A stretch of 64,000 nt of DNA from Hydrolagus colliei (GCA_035084275.1 CM068745.1:63116001-63180000); one strand, 5' to 3'; positions 1-11,722 are shown, counted from the first letter of the stretch. Program-made: numbers and translations. The notes: generated by a model not told the origin, from the sequence alone.

Positions 1-389
1 GTTTTAATGGCATGATAAGGATATTCAAGCCCTAGACACCTTTTTAACATGAGTGTCTCAAAAAGCTTGATCAAAATAATGGTATAATTTTGCACTGATT
101 ATAGCACGACTGTTGGAGTCCATTGAAGGTTTGAAAAAAAACAGCAGCAGATAGCTTTTCTATTTGCCATGGAGACTGTGGTCTGTTTTCTTGGTTACTA
201 TGGTAACTAAAGCCTTTCTGGCACTAGCCCTTTGCTCTTGCTTGAGCTATCAAAGCCTGCGCTAGATGAGACAAAGAAAGGCCAGCAGTAATTTGGTACT
301 GAAAAATCCTTCCAGCAACTCTTTTTTTTTGCCAATTTCTCCTCTCCTCCTCCTTCTTTGACAGGACTGACTCCTGCTGGGGTAAGGGT

Positions 390-705
390 CCCCACATGCT
401 GGGTGCCTTCCAGTATCTCAAACAACCAATTGGTCGATCCTCACGTGTAAGCCCAACGACTGTAAGTGTTGCCAGGCTGTTTGATCAAGCAGGGGTATCA
501 CAGCCAAGCCTGATTTTTATCTGGCATCCACACATGCATACTCTCCAGTGGGGTCACTGAATAGCAATCATGGGGAACTAGCTGATTTTAAAAATATTTC
601 TCCAGGTCAATTGTGGTGTAATATATTACAGACTAGGAATCAAACCAGTGGGTTTCTGATCTATATGTTATGGTTCGAACCCTACCTAACCAGCTATCCC
701 AAAGA
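390..705 (-). mobile_element. Old SINE-like repeat, unclassified
   Basis: Degenerate tRNA-like head near 705 (GGTTTGATTCC box-B-like motif on the minus strand). The body shares ATCAGGCTTGGCTGTGAT...CAAAyAGCCTG with the copy at 63890-63950. Confidence 0.45.
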
Positions 706-964
706 GGCCCATCCTGACCACCACCTCCCCCACCCCATCCCTCAACCAACGGCACATTTGGTATAGACTTACTAATCTACAACAGTGTTGCATTAATATA
801 TTTATATTTGAGAAAATCTTGCAAAAGACAACAATACATTCATTGAAAAGTATAATTTTGTGGTCTTTTTTTTAAATGCACCTCTTAACAATTCAAGGAT
901 TTAACACTGACCTTTATTTAAGATGTCCCCATTTAAGACGCCTTCCAGTATCTCAATTTTAAAG

Positions 965-1139
965 ACATAATTGGCAGTTGAATATGGATAGTGCAAGTAT
1001 AAAAGGATTCTGGGAAGAGTGACTTGCAGATTTGAAAGAGAGCTTGAAAGATGTTGATTTGAAAAAGGATGACTTGGAACATATCAATTAAAGGACTGAG
1101 TAAATCTACATTGCGTTTTGTGGATTAAATAACATTACA
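965..1139 (+). repeat. 5' LTR (alignable part)
   Basis: Matches 3568-3738 (e.g. TCTGGGAAGAGTGACTTGCAGATTTGAAAGAG, AATTAAAGGACTGAGT) and ends ...ATTACA. Confidence 0.85.
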
Positions 1140-1153
1140 TGGTGTCAGAAGTG
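1140..1153 (+). promoter_or_regulatory. Primer-binding site (tRNA-Leu type)
   Basis: TGGTGTCAGAAGTG directly after the LTR-terminal CA, complementary to the 3' end of tRNA-Leu (...CACTTCTGACACCA). Confidence 0.8.
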
Positions 1154-1185
1154 AAAATGGAACCTGGAGTGAAACTGACTGTAAA

Positions 1186-1810
1186 ATGGAATACGGATTG
1201 AAAATCAAAATGCAGAGGAGCAGAATTAAATGCTGTACCAAGGTATGTGCAGATACCAAGATGGACATGCCATTGAATGAGATGATGAATATTATGAGAG
1301 AAAGATGTTGTGGAAAAGATAATGTGATAATTGAACGATTTAAGTTTGGCACAAGAAAATAGGGACCCACAGAATCACTCAATCAGTACAGTGTGGTATT
1401 GAGAACCCTAAGCAAAAATTTGCAACTACAGAAGAGACAAAATGATTCATGACCAGATAGTCATTGGCATAAATGATAAAAAAATTAAGAGGAACACTTT
1501 TGAAAAAACGGGACCTGACATCAGAATCGACAATGGAGATAATAAGAATTGAAGAGGTGACAAAAATAAATATGACACTGTAGGAAAGAGAAACAGAAAT
1601 GGCAATAGATGAACTAGCCAACAGGCAAAGTTGGGATGATACAGATGGAGAATATGGAGTGCAGAGAATATAACGGGCCAAGAGAGAGGCCGCACAGAAT
1701 GGACAAATGAGTATGAGAACATCGTACGAGAAGATGTACCGCAGAAGGAAAAGAATGCTATGAATGCAAAAGATATGGACATAATGAAAGATTATGCAGG
1801 AATAGACAAG
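1186..1810 (+). pseudogene. Retrotransposon gag remnant
   Basis: Manual translation gives ERFKFGTRK*GPTES, MIHDQIVIGINDKKLRGTLLKKRDLT and RCTAEGKECYECKRYGHNERLCR (CX2CX4HX4C at 1756-1797). Contains stops and frameshifts. Confidence 0.8.
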
Positions 1811-1986
1811 AACATGTAGGGAGATATAACAGATATATAGCACAGTAACAAAGTGAAACAGAAAGATGAGCAAGGGGGTCAAATAACCTAAGGAGAACCA
1901 GAATTGGGCAAATTAAATCAGGAGAATATGAAAGGACCTCAGATACAGAATCCAGTGAACAAGAAGATGAGTACCTCCTCGAAGCA

Positions 1987-2760
1987 GTGGAATTCATAAA
2001 AAGCGTACTCACAAAAGAAAAAGAGAAAAATGAGTGGATGGTATCCTTAGGGTTTAAAACAGTAAGGAACGTAATTCAGTGCAAATTAGATATAAGAGCA
2101 CAGGTCAGTGTAATGGCATGGGAAGAATATATAAAATTGGGAGAACCAAATAAAGAAAAAGTGAAGAAAGGGAAAGTTATAATCGTGTATAACAAAGAAA
2201 CAATTTAAACAATGGGCAACAACAACAAAATTACACTTGTATAGTGCCTTTCATGTCTGGGGGATGTCCCCAGATGCTGGATGGTCATTGTTTCAGACCC
2301 TAGCTGGGGACAGGGAGGGTGGAGGGAAAGGGGTGGATTTGGAGGGACTGATGGGACTGTTGAAGAGGAGGGTCTTGAGGTGGGACTTGAAGGAGGCCAG
2401 GGAGGGGGCGAGGCGGACGGACTGCAGGATGGAGTTCCAGAGGTTGGGGGCAAAGTGGCTAAAGGCTTGCTACCAATGTTGGGGCGACTGGGTCGGGGGA
2501 CATGGAGCATGCCAGATCCTGCTGAGCGGAGGGGACGGGCAGGTTGGTAGGGGTTAGGAGGTCACGGATGTAGGGTGGGGCGAGGCCATGGAAGGCTTTG
2601 AATGTGAGGACCAGGATCTTGAATTGGGCAAAGTAGAGATAGAAATGATATACAAAGGGAGACAATACAGAATAAAATTCTACATTGTAAAAATAAAAGC
2701 TGATACTTTATTAGGATTGGAAGATATTATAAAAATGGGAATGTTAAAAAGAATCGGGTA
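1987..2760 (+). pseudogene. Retroviral-type aspartic protease remnant split by an L2 insertion
   Basis: CKLDIRAQVSVM (degenerate LDTGA) in ORF 1987-2208. Resumes after the L2 as KVEIEMIYKGRQYRIKFYIV...TLLGLEDII. Confidence 0.7.
2220..2624 (-). mobile_element. 5'-truncated L2 LINE with 7-bp TSD
   Basis: FKILVLTFKAFHGLAPPYI C-terminal L2 motif and (GTT)n tail. TGGGCAA duplicated at 2213-2219 and 2625-2631. Confidence 0.9.
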
Positions 2761-2773
2761 GGAGCAATTAGAG

Positions 2774-3093
2774 CAGTGGTTCCCAACCTCGGGTTTCGAC
2801 CCAAATCAGGGTTGCGGGGGTCCTCAGTAGGGTCATGAAGGGTCATCAGAAAAAAAAATTGTTGCTTTTTATATTGCTGAAAATGTTTTTTTAATGCTGA
2901 AAAGTGCCCAAGGCAATACCGCCGACCAATTTGTATCAAAGATCGTACTAGCGAGTTGCGCTGAGTCCACAAAAGAGATGGAGCTATTGTCTTGGCTGAG
3001 CTTTGCTTCAGTCGCATAGTCGCCCCATAAGGGTTGGATGGTCCTGTTGGTGGCCAATTTAGGGTTGCAGCAAAAAAAGGTGGGGAACCACTG
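2774..3093. mobile_element. hAT (Charlie-type) MITE
   Basis: TIRs CAGTGGTTCCCAACCT / AGGTGGGGAACCACTG. 8-bp TSD AATTAGAG / AGTTAGAG. Confidence 0.9.
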
Positions 3094-3546
3094 AGTTAGA
3101 GGAAAGTGAATGAAGGGAGACAGAAGAAATAGTAGGACTATATAAACAGGTGCTTAGAAAGAAAGGATTAATGAAAGAAAAATTTGAGATCACAGGTACA
3201 GATGCAAAGAAATTGGAAGGAACAAGGGCAAGACCCACAGAAGAAAAAAAAACTTTCAAAAAAAGCCATATAGTTGCAGAGGAAAAACCTAGAAACAGAA
3301 GGCTGAATGAAAGTAAAAATTTTGGGGAAAGATAAAAACCCCAGATCCTATTGGATGAAAGATGAAAAAGGAAAGATATAAAGATGAACATAATGGGAGA
3401 TCAAACAAAGAACAACAAACAAAAACAGGAGAAATTGGAAAAGCAGAAACTGGGAGAAGAAACAGATGCAGAAGAGAAATAAAAAGAGCACAAAGAATGA
3501 TAGAAAAAGATTGGAAAAAAACAAGGAAAAACTAAAAGAAGAAAGA

Positions 3547-3738
3547 TGCTGCATATTTGCTTCAATTACATAATTGACAATTGAGTATGGATGGTGCAAG
3601 TATGACAAGTCTGGGAAGAGTGACTTGCAGATTTGAAAGAGTGTGAAAGAAGTTGATTTGAAAGAGGGTGACTTGGAACGTTTGAATTAAAGGACTGAGT
3701 CAATCTTCATTGTGTTTTGTGGAATAAATAACATTATA
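3547..3738 (+). repeat. 3' LTR
   Basis: Begins TG after purine-rich AAAACTAAAAGAAGAAAGA and aligns to 965-1139. Confidence 0.8.
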
Positions 3739-3744
3739 ATTTCC

Positions 3745-4465
3745 AGGAATGATACCAGGAATAAAAGATTACAATTATGTGGAAAGACTGGAGAGGATGG
3801 GATTATTATACTTAGAGAAGAGAAAGTTGAAGGGAGATTTAATAGAGGTGTTCAAAATTATGAGGATTTTTGTCATAGATAGATAGGGAGAAACTGTTTT
3901 CTCTGGCATGTGGGTCAGTAATCAGAAGATGTAGATTTAAGATAATTAGCAAAAGAACCAGAGACAAGGAGATTTCTTTTTACAATGCGCGTTGTTACGG
4001 TCTGGAATACACTGCCTGAAAGGATGTTGTAAGCAGATTCAATAATAATAATACTAGTACTAATCCTTACATTTGATAACAACAACAACGGTATTTGTGG
4101 GTGAAATGTGGCAGCCAATTGTGCACAGCAGTGTCCCACAAACAGTCGTGGATTGAAATGGCCAATTTTATTATTGTTTTTTTTTTGGGAGAGGGATTAT
4201 TATTAGGTGTGTGGAGTAAGGAAACTCGCCCGAGGTTTCGCCCTGATCTGCCTGGATTTGAACAAAGTAAGGCGAGTGGCCTAACCACTGAGCTACAGGA
4301 GTTTTTAAAAGAGAATTAGATAGGTAATTAAAAAGGAAAACAAATTGCAGGGCTATTGGATAAGAACAGGGGAGTTGGACTATTTGGTAGCTCTTTCAAA
4401 GAACCCGCACAGGCACAATGGGTTGAATGGCCTGATTCTGTACTGTAAATATTCTATGATTCCAT
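3745..4465 (+). mobile_element. CR1 LINE 3' fragment interrupted by a SINE
   Basis: RMIPGIKDYNYVERLERMGL...KGDLIEVFKIM CR1 C-terminus. 3' end GAATGGCCT...ATTCTATGATTC. Confidence 0.85.
4042..4301 (-). mobile_element. tRNA-derived Deu-type SINE (major family), nested in CR1
   Basis: CTCCTGTAGCTCAGTGGTTAG head and TGTTTGTGGGACACTGCTGTGCACAATTGGCTGCC body. Confidence 0.85.
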
Positions 4466-4920
4466 GTCACATGTTTTAGATAGTGCTGCATAGCATTTGT
4501 GATATCATCCTATACCGAATTTATTTATACTTTCAGGGTTTAATTTGTGCTGCACAATGAGAAATGTGTACACATTAGTGATGAACTGCTTGGTCCATCT
4601 GTGCATGTCTGACGTGATTGAACAGACACGGTGATTAACAAATTCAAATCATTTAATTTTTATCTGAATTGTTTTAGAGATGAAATATTGAATTACTCAA
4701 GTCATTGAAACACTGTTACTTGAATGATAACAGTAATAACATTCAATCCAAAAAGATTGATTTGATTAAGGAATCAGCAGTACAATTAATAGTATCAGTT
4801 ACACTTTTATTTGACGTAATGTAGGAAAAAGATCTATTTCAAGATAATTGTTAAAATAATATGTTAAATGTTCTTGTGTAATCCCAAAGTTCTTTTTTCA
4901 AAATTAGGGTTTATAAAGAA

Positions 4921-5486
4921 CTAGCTGTATCTGTTGCAGCAACCTTGCAACCAAAGGATCCAATATGGAATGTAGATTTAATATGCCATAACCACGGGTG
5001 GTAAAATAATACATTTTAAAAAAACTTAAGCAAAACTGCTATACATGTGAGCTGAACTTGTTTAGGTCATAGATCATCAACGACCGGGGATTATGGAAAC
5101 AAAATATGCCCATGACACTCCCCCTTGCAAGACCTTTCTGATGAGGTATAAATCTTGTCTCTATGTCAATCATATTGCATTACTGGTGGATAGACACACA
5201 GACAGACATTTTGTCTTTGATAGTATTGATGTATCTGTCTGGAACGGTGATGATTTCCTCTGTTGCTGCTTTATTGCAAAATACCATATATACCTCATAT
5301 TTGGGGGCTTAATTAAAGCATTTTTTAGTATAGCTCATCAACAATAGGAGATCCCAAACGATCTCCTATATGTCCATGACACTCCAACAACAAGACCTTT
5401 TCGATGCGATATAAATCATGTCTCTATGCCAATCAGTTATTGCATTTTTGGCCGACAGACAGACATTTAGTCTTTATTAGTATAGA
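4921..5486 (-). mobile_element. Non-autonomous Helitron with tandem 5' ends
   Basis: Minus strand starts A|TCTATACTAATAAAG (5486) followed by (TGTC)n. It ends with hairpin GTTGCA-N7-TGCAAC, 8 nt, then CTAG|T (4921). A second 5' end A|TCAATACTATCAAAG lies at 5229. Confidence 0.75.
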
Positions 5487-6439
5487 TAGAGAATTCCAGA
5501 AGTACTTTGTGTAAGTTCCATATATCTTCCCTTTCTTACACTTTTGTTTACTGTCATTTCATTGTTTATGATATTCCTCTTACTATTGGGGTGTGTAAAA
5601 GGCATTAATGGAATCTTGGCTGACTTTCAATTACGTACTGCAATTAAAGAAACCTGCATCATACTACATATATTGAATAATTAATATTATCCTTACAGTG
5701 GGAATATTCCTGCCTTAACCTAGGATCAAATAAAATACTGAATGTCAGTTTTATATTGTGATAAATCATTTTTGTTATTATTATTGCAGCATGCGTGTGA
5801 AGCAGAGATTGAAAAGATACAATTGAATGATTTATTATATGCTGATATCTTATAGAAGCTCAAAATGATTAAATTACACTGAGAAAGCCAAAAACTAGTT
5901 CACAGCTAAAATATTCATTTGTGCCAAGCACAACTTTGGCATTCAAGAAAAGAGCTCTGCATGGCTCTTTGATTGGGTCATCTGAAATAACTATACTACG
6001 GGGCAATTCAGTTACTGTACATCTCAAATGAAGCGCGAGTCTACTTTTAACACGACTGCTGGCATGAATTGGTTGGCTACCCATTCTGAAAAATGCCAAA
6101 CTTCCAGGTTATTATATTAATGCTCATGTCCCATGTACACTTGTATATGCACAGCATGCAGAAAATGATGTTCTTGGGGCAGAATACAGGAAGCAACATC
6201 GACCTGACAATCCTGAAGTCATAAATGTATTAGTACTATTTTTACATGCAGCATCTGAGATAATTAGACATGCACAATTGCGGTTTAACATGGTTACCCA
6301 GTTAATACATGTCTGAATCCAAAGTTTCATATAGGATCTAGCTTAGCACAGGTAACTCATTATGATCTGTAATGATTAGGACATTTGTGTATAAACAGAA
6401 AAGAAGAATAAGCTGAAATGAATAGGTTCTGTAGTTATG

Positions 6440-7310
6440 TTAATAATAAGCATTACATTTGGTATAGTGTCTTTCACATAAGATGGATATCTCAAAGCGC
6501 TTCACAGGATATAATAATCCTTGCATTAGATGTAATTCTTTAACTTTTCAAGACGTCACAACACGCTTCACAGAATATACTGTAAAGTGAATTGATCTTA
6601 CATTTTGTGGACAAAATGTGTGAGCCAATTTCACATAGCAGTGTCTCACAAACAATTGTGGATTGAATGACCAAATTATTATTATTTGAAGGATTATTAT
6701 CTCAGGAAAAGTGATCGCTAATCGACTAACAACCTTGTTCATAGTTCCTGCTAGGCAACAAGAGGCATGTGATGTAAGGAAACTTGCCCAATATTTCACC
6801 CTGCTGGGAATCCAACTCAGGTCTCTCGCTTACAAGACAAGATATACTAGAAAGTGGAGCAACTATGTATTTATAGGCGAATATTGCAGCCAATTTGCAC
6901 ACAGCTGTGTCATAATGCGAATGACCAATTTCATCTGGGAGATTGTGGCCAGGATCTGGGAGAAATACCCTTCTCGTTTTAAATAGTATCTTGGGATCTT
7001 TAAAATCTATCTAAGAAGACAGAAGAGCCTTGGTTGAACATCTCAGTAGGCAGGACCTCCAAAAATGCAGCATGTCTGTAGCATTGTATTGAAGTATTGT
7101 AATAATAATAATGATAATACTTGCAGTTAATATAGCGCTTTTCATACAAAACGCATCACGGAAATATACTGTAAAGTGAATTGACTGAATATTTGTGGGT
7201 GAAATGCGGCAGTCAATTGCACACAGCAGTGTCCCACAAACAATCGTGGATTGAAAATGACCAATTTTTTATTATTGGTTTTTTGGGGGGACAGATTATT
7301 ATGTGTGTGT
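6440..7310 (-). mobile_element. Cluster of Deu-type SINE copies and fragments (major family plus SacSINE1-like)
   Basis: Repeated SINE tails and bodies on the minus strand. Head near 6860, older Deu body 6870-7100. Confidence 0.75.
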
Positions 7311-7699
7311 GGGGTGGGGGTTCTGAATGTCTCCAAACGCTCTGGGGAATTCGTCACTGAACTCTCTTCCTTTGGAGTAAAGATCATCAGGAGTTTAATA
7401 ATAATAATCCTTTTATTTGATATACTGCCTTATCCAGCGCCTTGGGATGTCCTCCCGACGTGAAATGTCTCAAAGCGGTTCACAAAGTATACTGTAAAAT
7501 GGAATTGATTGTATATGTTGTGGGAGAATATATCTATGAAATATTTGCTGAATACACGAGTAAAAATGCAAGACAACAACATTGTGGGCCTCAAAGATGA
7601 CAAGGGAGGGAGTGAGGTAAATAGATTGAGGGATGGAGTTCCAGAGGGTGGGGGCAGAGAGGCTGAAGGTCCAAGTGGCGATGGAGCAGGCACGGTGAG

Positions 7700-7810
7700 G
7701 CAGATAGAGCAAGCTGGGGCAGAGAGAGCAGGTTGGGGCAGATAGGGCAGGCTGGGGCACATGGAGCCAGGCTAGGGCAGATAGAGCAGGGTAGAGCAGA
7801 TAGAGCAGGA
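7700..7810. repeat. Degenerate 19-bp minisatellite adjoining an L2 fragment (7600-7700)
   Basis: About 6 units of GCAGATAGAGCAGGCTGGG. Confidence 0.75.
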
Positions 7811-7884
7811 TGCAGCTTAATACAGTGGAGCATGATGTGGAGCTTGTCCTGATGTGGAGCTTGAAACCACATCCTTCAGAGAGT

Positions 7885-9235
7885 ACAACAACAAAATTAT
7901 AGTTGTATAGCACCTTTCATGTTGAGAGGATGTTTCAAGGCGCTGGACCATCAGTGTTTTGAACTGGAGCTGAGAGGCAGGATCGAGGAATGTGGAAGAC
8001 AGGTGAGGAAGGAGGGTGAAGATAGCAGAAGTAGAGAGAAGCAAGGCCATGGAGGGCTTTGAAGGTGAAGACCAGGATCTTAAACTGCATCCTCTGTGTG
8101 ATGCCAGTGAAATTGGGCAAGGTTGGGGATGTTAGGGTCATGCACCCTGGTCTTGGAGAGGACATGGGCAGCAGAGTTCTGGATGACCTGCAGCCTATGG
8201 AGGGTGCACACCATTTTCATATGCACATTGATAACATCCAGGGTTGACTGTGCAAACTCCCTGCTTGTTGGGCTCCACTGCTCAAATCAGCTGTTTTGCT
8301 GTTGGGGAAGCTGACAAGCAGGGAATTTGCATAGTCAAACCTGGATGTTATGAATGCGTGAATGAGGATCTCGGCAGCCTGATGTATGAAACCGTGGCTG
8401 AGCTGGGAGATATTGCGGAGGTGGAGGAAGGCAGAGCAGATCATGGTACGGATGTGTGGTAAAAAGGATATTTGAGGGTCAAGCAAGACATCAAAGTTCC
8501 AGATTAGCTCGGTAAGGTAGAGTGCATGTTTGGATGGTGATGCTGTCAGCGCCTGAGGTGTGGAGGCACTGCTGGGAACCAATCAGGATGGCCTTAGTCT
8601 TTCAATTGTAGAAAGTTAGCTCTCATCCAGGTCTTGATGTCTGACAGACATTCTATCAGGACAACAGTGGTCCTGGAGTTGAGGGTTGAGGCAGAGAGAT
8701 AGAGTTGGGTGTCATCCGCATACATGTGGAATTTGACAGCATGTCAGCAGATTATATCATCAAGTGGGAACATATCAATATTGAAGGGGAAGGGATCAAG
8801 GACAGAGCTCTGAGGAACTCAGCACAAGATGGTGCAGGTGCTAGAGGAAAAAAAAATTGTGGCAATGAAGTGGACATGGTGTGAGAGGCAGGATCTGAAC
8901 CATTCAAGGACAGAACCATGAAGGTTGAGATGAGAAGAGAGGTGATGGAGGAGGATAGAGTGGTCAATGGTATTGAAGGCAGCAGGGAGATCAAGGAAGA
9001 CGGAGAGACAGAGGGAACCCTTGTCACAGATGGATAAAATGTGATTTGTCACTTTCACCAAAGCTGTTTTTGTGCTGAGGGTGGCATGGAAACCCAATTG
9101 GAGGGGTTCATGAAGGGAGTGGCGGGAGAGGAAGGAACCAAGCTGGGAAGCAACGACTCATTCCAATATCTTGGAAAGGAAAGGGAGGCTGGAGATGGGG
9201 CAATCATTTGAGAGCAGGGATGGGCCCAGGGAGTT
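7885..9235 (-). mobile_element. L2 LINE, decayed RT and 3' end
   Basis: GFHATLSTKTALVKVTNHIL...LDLPAAFNTIDHSILL, FHMYADDTQL (YADD at 8711-8722), AFITSRFDYANSLL, L2 tail at 7885. Confidence 0.9.
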
Positions 9236-9544
9236 TTTGTTTTAAGTTTTTAAGTTTCACCAAATGAGTCAGGCTAAAATATGTTGAGTATAATTAGAAT
9301 TTTTTAGAGAACTACATTTCCAACATAACAAAGTGGTTTCTATTTATAGAATCAGGACATTCTTCTCTTTATATAATCAAGACTTTTTAGTCCAGAAAAA
9401 CAAGTGCAAAATTTAAAAAGTTCAATAATTGACATTGCACTGACACTAATTTGTTTGGTTAAAATCCTGTATCTGAATAGAATGGTACTAAATCTTTTGA
9501 CAGCAGACAGTACTAATAATGCTTTAAACGGTTACAATGATAAA

Positions 9545-9850
9545 GCCCTCACAATTCTTGGGAAGCGCTGCATTGTTGGAGCAGCTGCTTTGGATGAGAC
9601 GTTAAATTGAGGTCCTATCTCCATGTTCAAGTGGACATTAAAGATTCTGGCCAACAATCCCTCAGATTAAAAATAAAATTGATCTTTCACTTCATCTCTA
9701 TTTGTGAAATGTTACTATCTGCAAATTGACTGTTGTGTTTACTCGCAAAATACACAGTCATTCCATTTCACTGTAAACTCTGTGAAGCGCTTTGAGATGT
9801 CCTTCTGTCGTGAAAGGTGTTAAATTAAGTACAATATTAATTATTATTAT
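9545..9850 (+). mobile_element. Old SacSINE1-like DeuSINE fragment
   Basis: GGATGAGACGTTAAATTGAGGTCCTATC Deu-domain sequence and GTGAAGCGCTTTGAGATGTCC...GTGAAAGG tail. Confidence 0.75.
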
Positions 9851-11722
9851 TTGGAAGAATTCCAATTACTATAATTTGTAATTCATGTAATATGAAGAGA
9901 GTTACAAGTTCTAATCAAAGTGCAATTTCCAAAACTGAAAATGCGGCTTCCTATAGATTTGAGAATCAGATATAAGATCTTGAGTATTTATTTTAAACCC
10001 TATTTAAAAACAGATACAAAATATTTAGTAATATCTTCTGTTAGAGCAATTTATCTTTCCATAGAACAGTTAATGTATAATTCTGAATTTTAAAATTAAT
10101 ATAGGGAAATAAGACACTTAAACAAATCCTAATGTAAAGGAGTTGCTATTGAAATTAATTATTTAATTTGAATAAAGCAGGCAGCATATTGTAAATCTGT
10201 ACTGACAGCAAAATGGCAAAATTGACAGACCACTGTAATCACTACCAACATCCTCTGGAGTTATTGATCCAGAACCACTATAATCCCCTTCACATAACAC
10301 AAGCAATTTCATGTAATACCTGTAATAACAGTGCATTCAGACTCAAGTATCCATCGCAAGCTTGGTATCTAATACTGAATTCGGGCAGCACTCACTAAAA
10401 CAACTGGAGTATAAATATGACAACGGCTCTTTCTTATAAAGGTAATCGTGTACGATAAGACCCAATTTGGAAGATAAACAGTTGTCTGATACCAAAGAAA
10501 ACAAGATATTAATTGTTTTCCCACTACTGTGTGTTGTAAAGCTGCTGAACAACACTGAACCCAGAATCAAAGGATCTGAAGCTGGATTTTGTTTGACTGA
10601 TAAACTCCTACCATGTGAAGACAGGTCTTTGCTGATATGCTATCCATATACCAGCCAGTCTCTATCAGATGTTGTTAATTACGTGAAGAGAAAGATAGCT
10701 GTGAGGATTTCACTGCAGGGTCATTACAGGACTCCCCAGGTGTCTGCGACATGAAATGTGCTGCTGGTTCAACATGCTTTTTCCCATCCTGATGGATCAT
10801 TCCATGGCCTTATCAAAGCCTCACCAGCTCCTCATTAATATATAGAGCAAGCTGTGCTGTTCTATATGTCATTGTCTCTTTTTGGGGGAGGGCTAATCAG
10901 TCACCCATTATCAGTCAGTCAGCAGAAGGCAGGCAATCAGCACTGACAGCAAAGAATCATGGGAGATCAGAGAAGGTTAAATAAGGCTGACAGTTGTGAT
11001 AATGATGATTATACTATAAATTAAGATGTGATGATAAAGGAGAATAAAAGACACAGCCTGAAGCAATATTTGGTTTTAACACATCTCCGTTTTCCCCCTC
11101 TGTACCCTTTAAATGGCCATAACATTTATCACACATAACGAGAATGGACATTTAACTGCCACGATAAAAGATGGAAGCATTAGATTTAAGAAACAAGTTG
11201 TGATTGCTCTGACTGGGAATAAGCTGTTGTCGGACAAAAAAACACCCAAAGGAGAATATGTTATACCTGATCAGAGTATTCCAACAGCAAAAGTAACATG
11301 GGTCCACTGGAAAAAAAACTAGTTTGCTTTCAGATATAGAAATGGCCACATACAGTTCAGAATCAATTATGCACTTAGTATATCACAATTAATGTGTCAG
11401 CTAATTTTCCAGTGTTACGTTTAGCATTCAGTTGTTATACCAATGTTCATCAGTCACTTGTATTTTCTGGCAGTTTATTTAAATCCATTGGAATCTTGTG
11501 GAACAATTTGAATAATTTATGACAATATGGTATTTTGTATGGCAAAATTAACGTTTTCAAAGGTAAATACAGTTTTAAGTTACGTTTATTTGGTAGTAAT
11601 GCACAGCCCTTAAGTGTGCATTATGTGCTACAATATTGTAATATTTCATGTGGAAACTTTAAAAAAATGTTTTGGGGGTAGAAAAGGACATATCTGTTGG
11701 GCAGTGAGTAAGAATACTGGGA

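Larger units (their letters stand above)
965..3738 (+). mobile_element. Decayed Gypsy-like (Mag-type) LTR retroelement with gag and protease only
   Basis: Direct repeats of about 170 bp at 965-1139 and 3568-3738. PBS immediately after the first LTR, purine tract before TG at 3547, gag CCHC knuckle and protease remnants. No RT, RNase H or integrase seen. The true 5' LTR start may lie further left (TGTTGCA at 786). Confidence 0.85.

Noticed and set aside
1125-3608. Hydrophobic minus-strand ORFs (e.g. 1379-1882, 167 aa) resembling membrane proteins
   Set aside because: They are antisense shadows of the A/G-rich LTR element. The recognisable motifs are on the plus strand.
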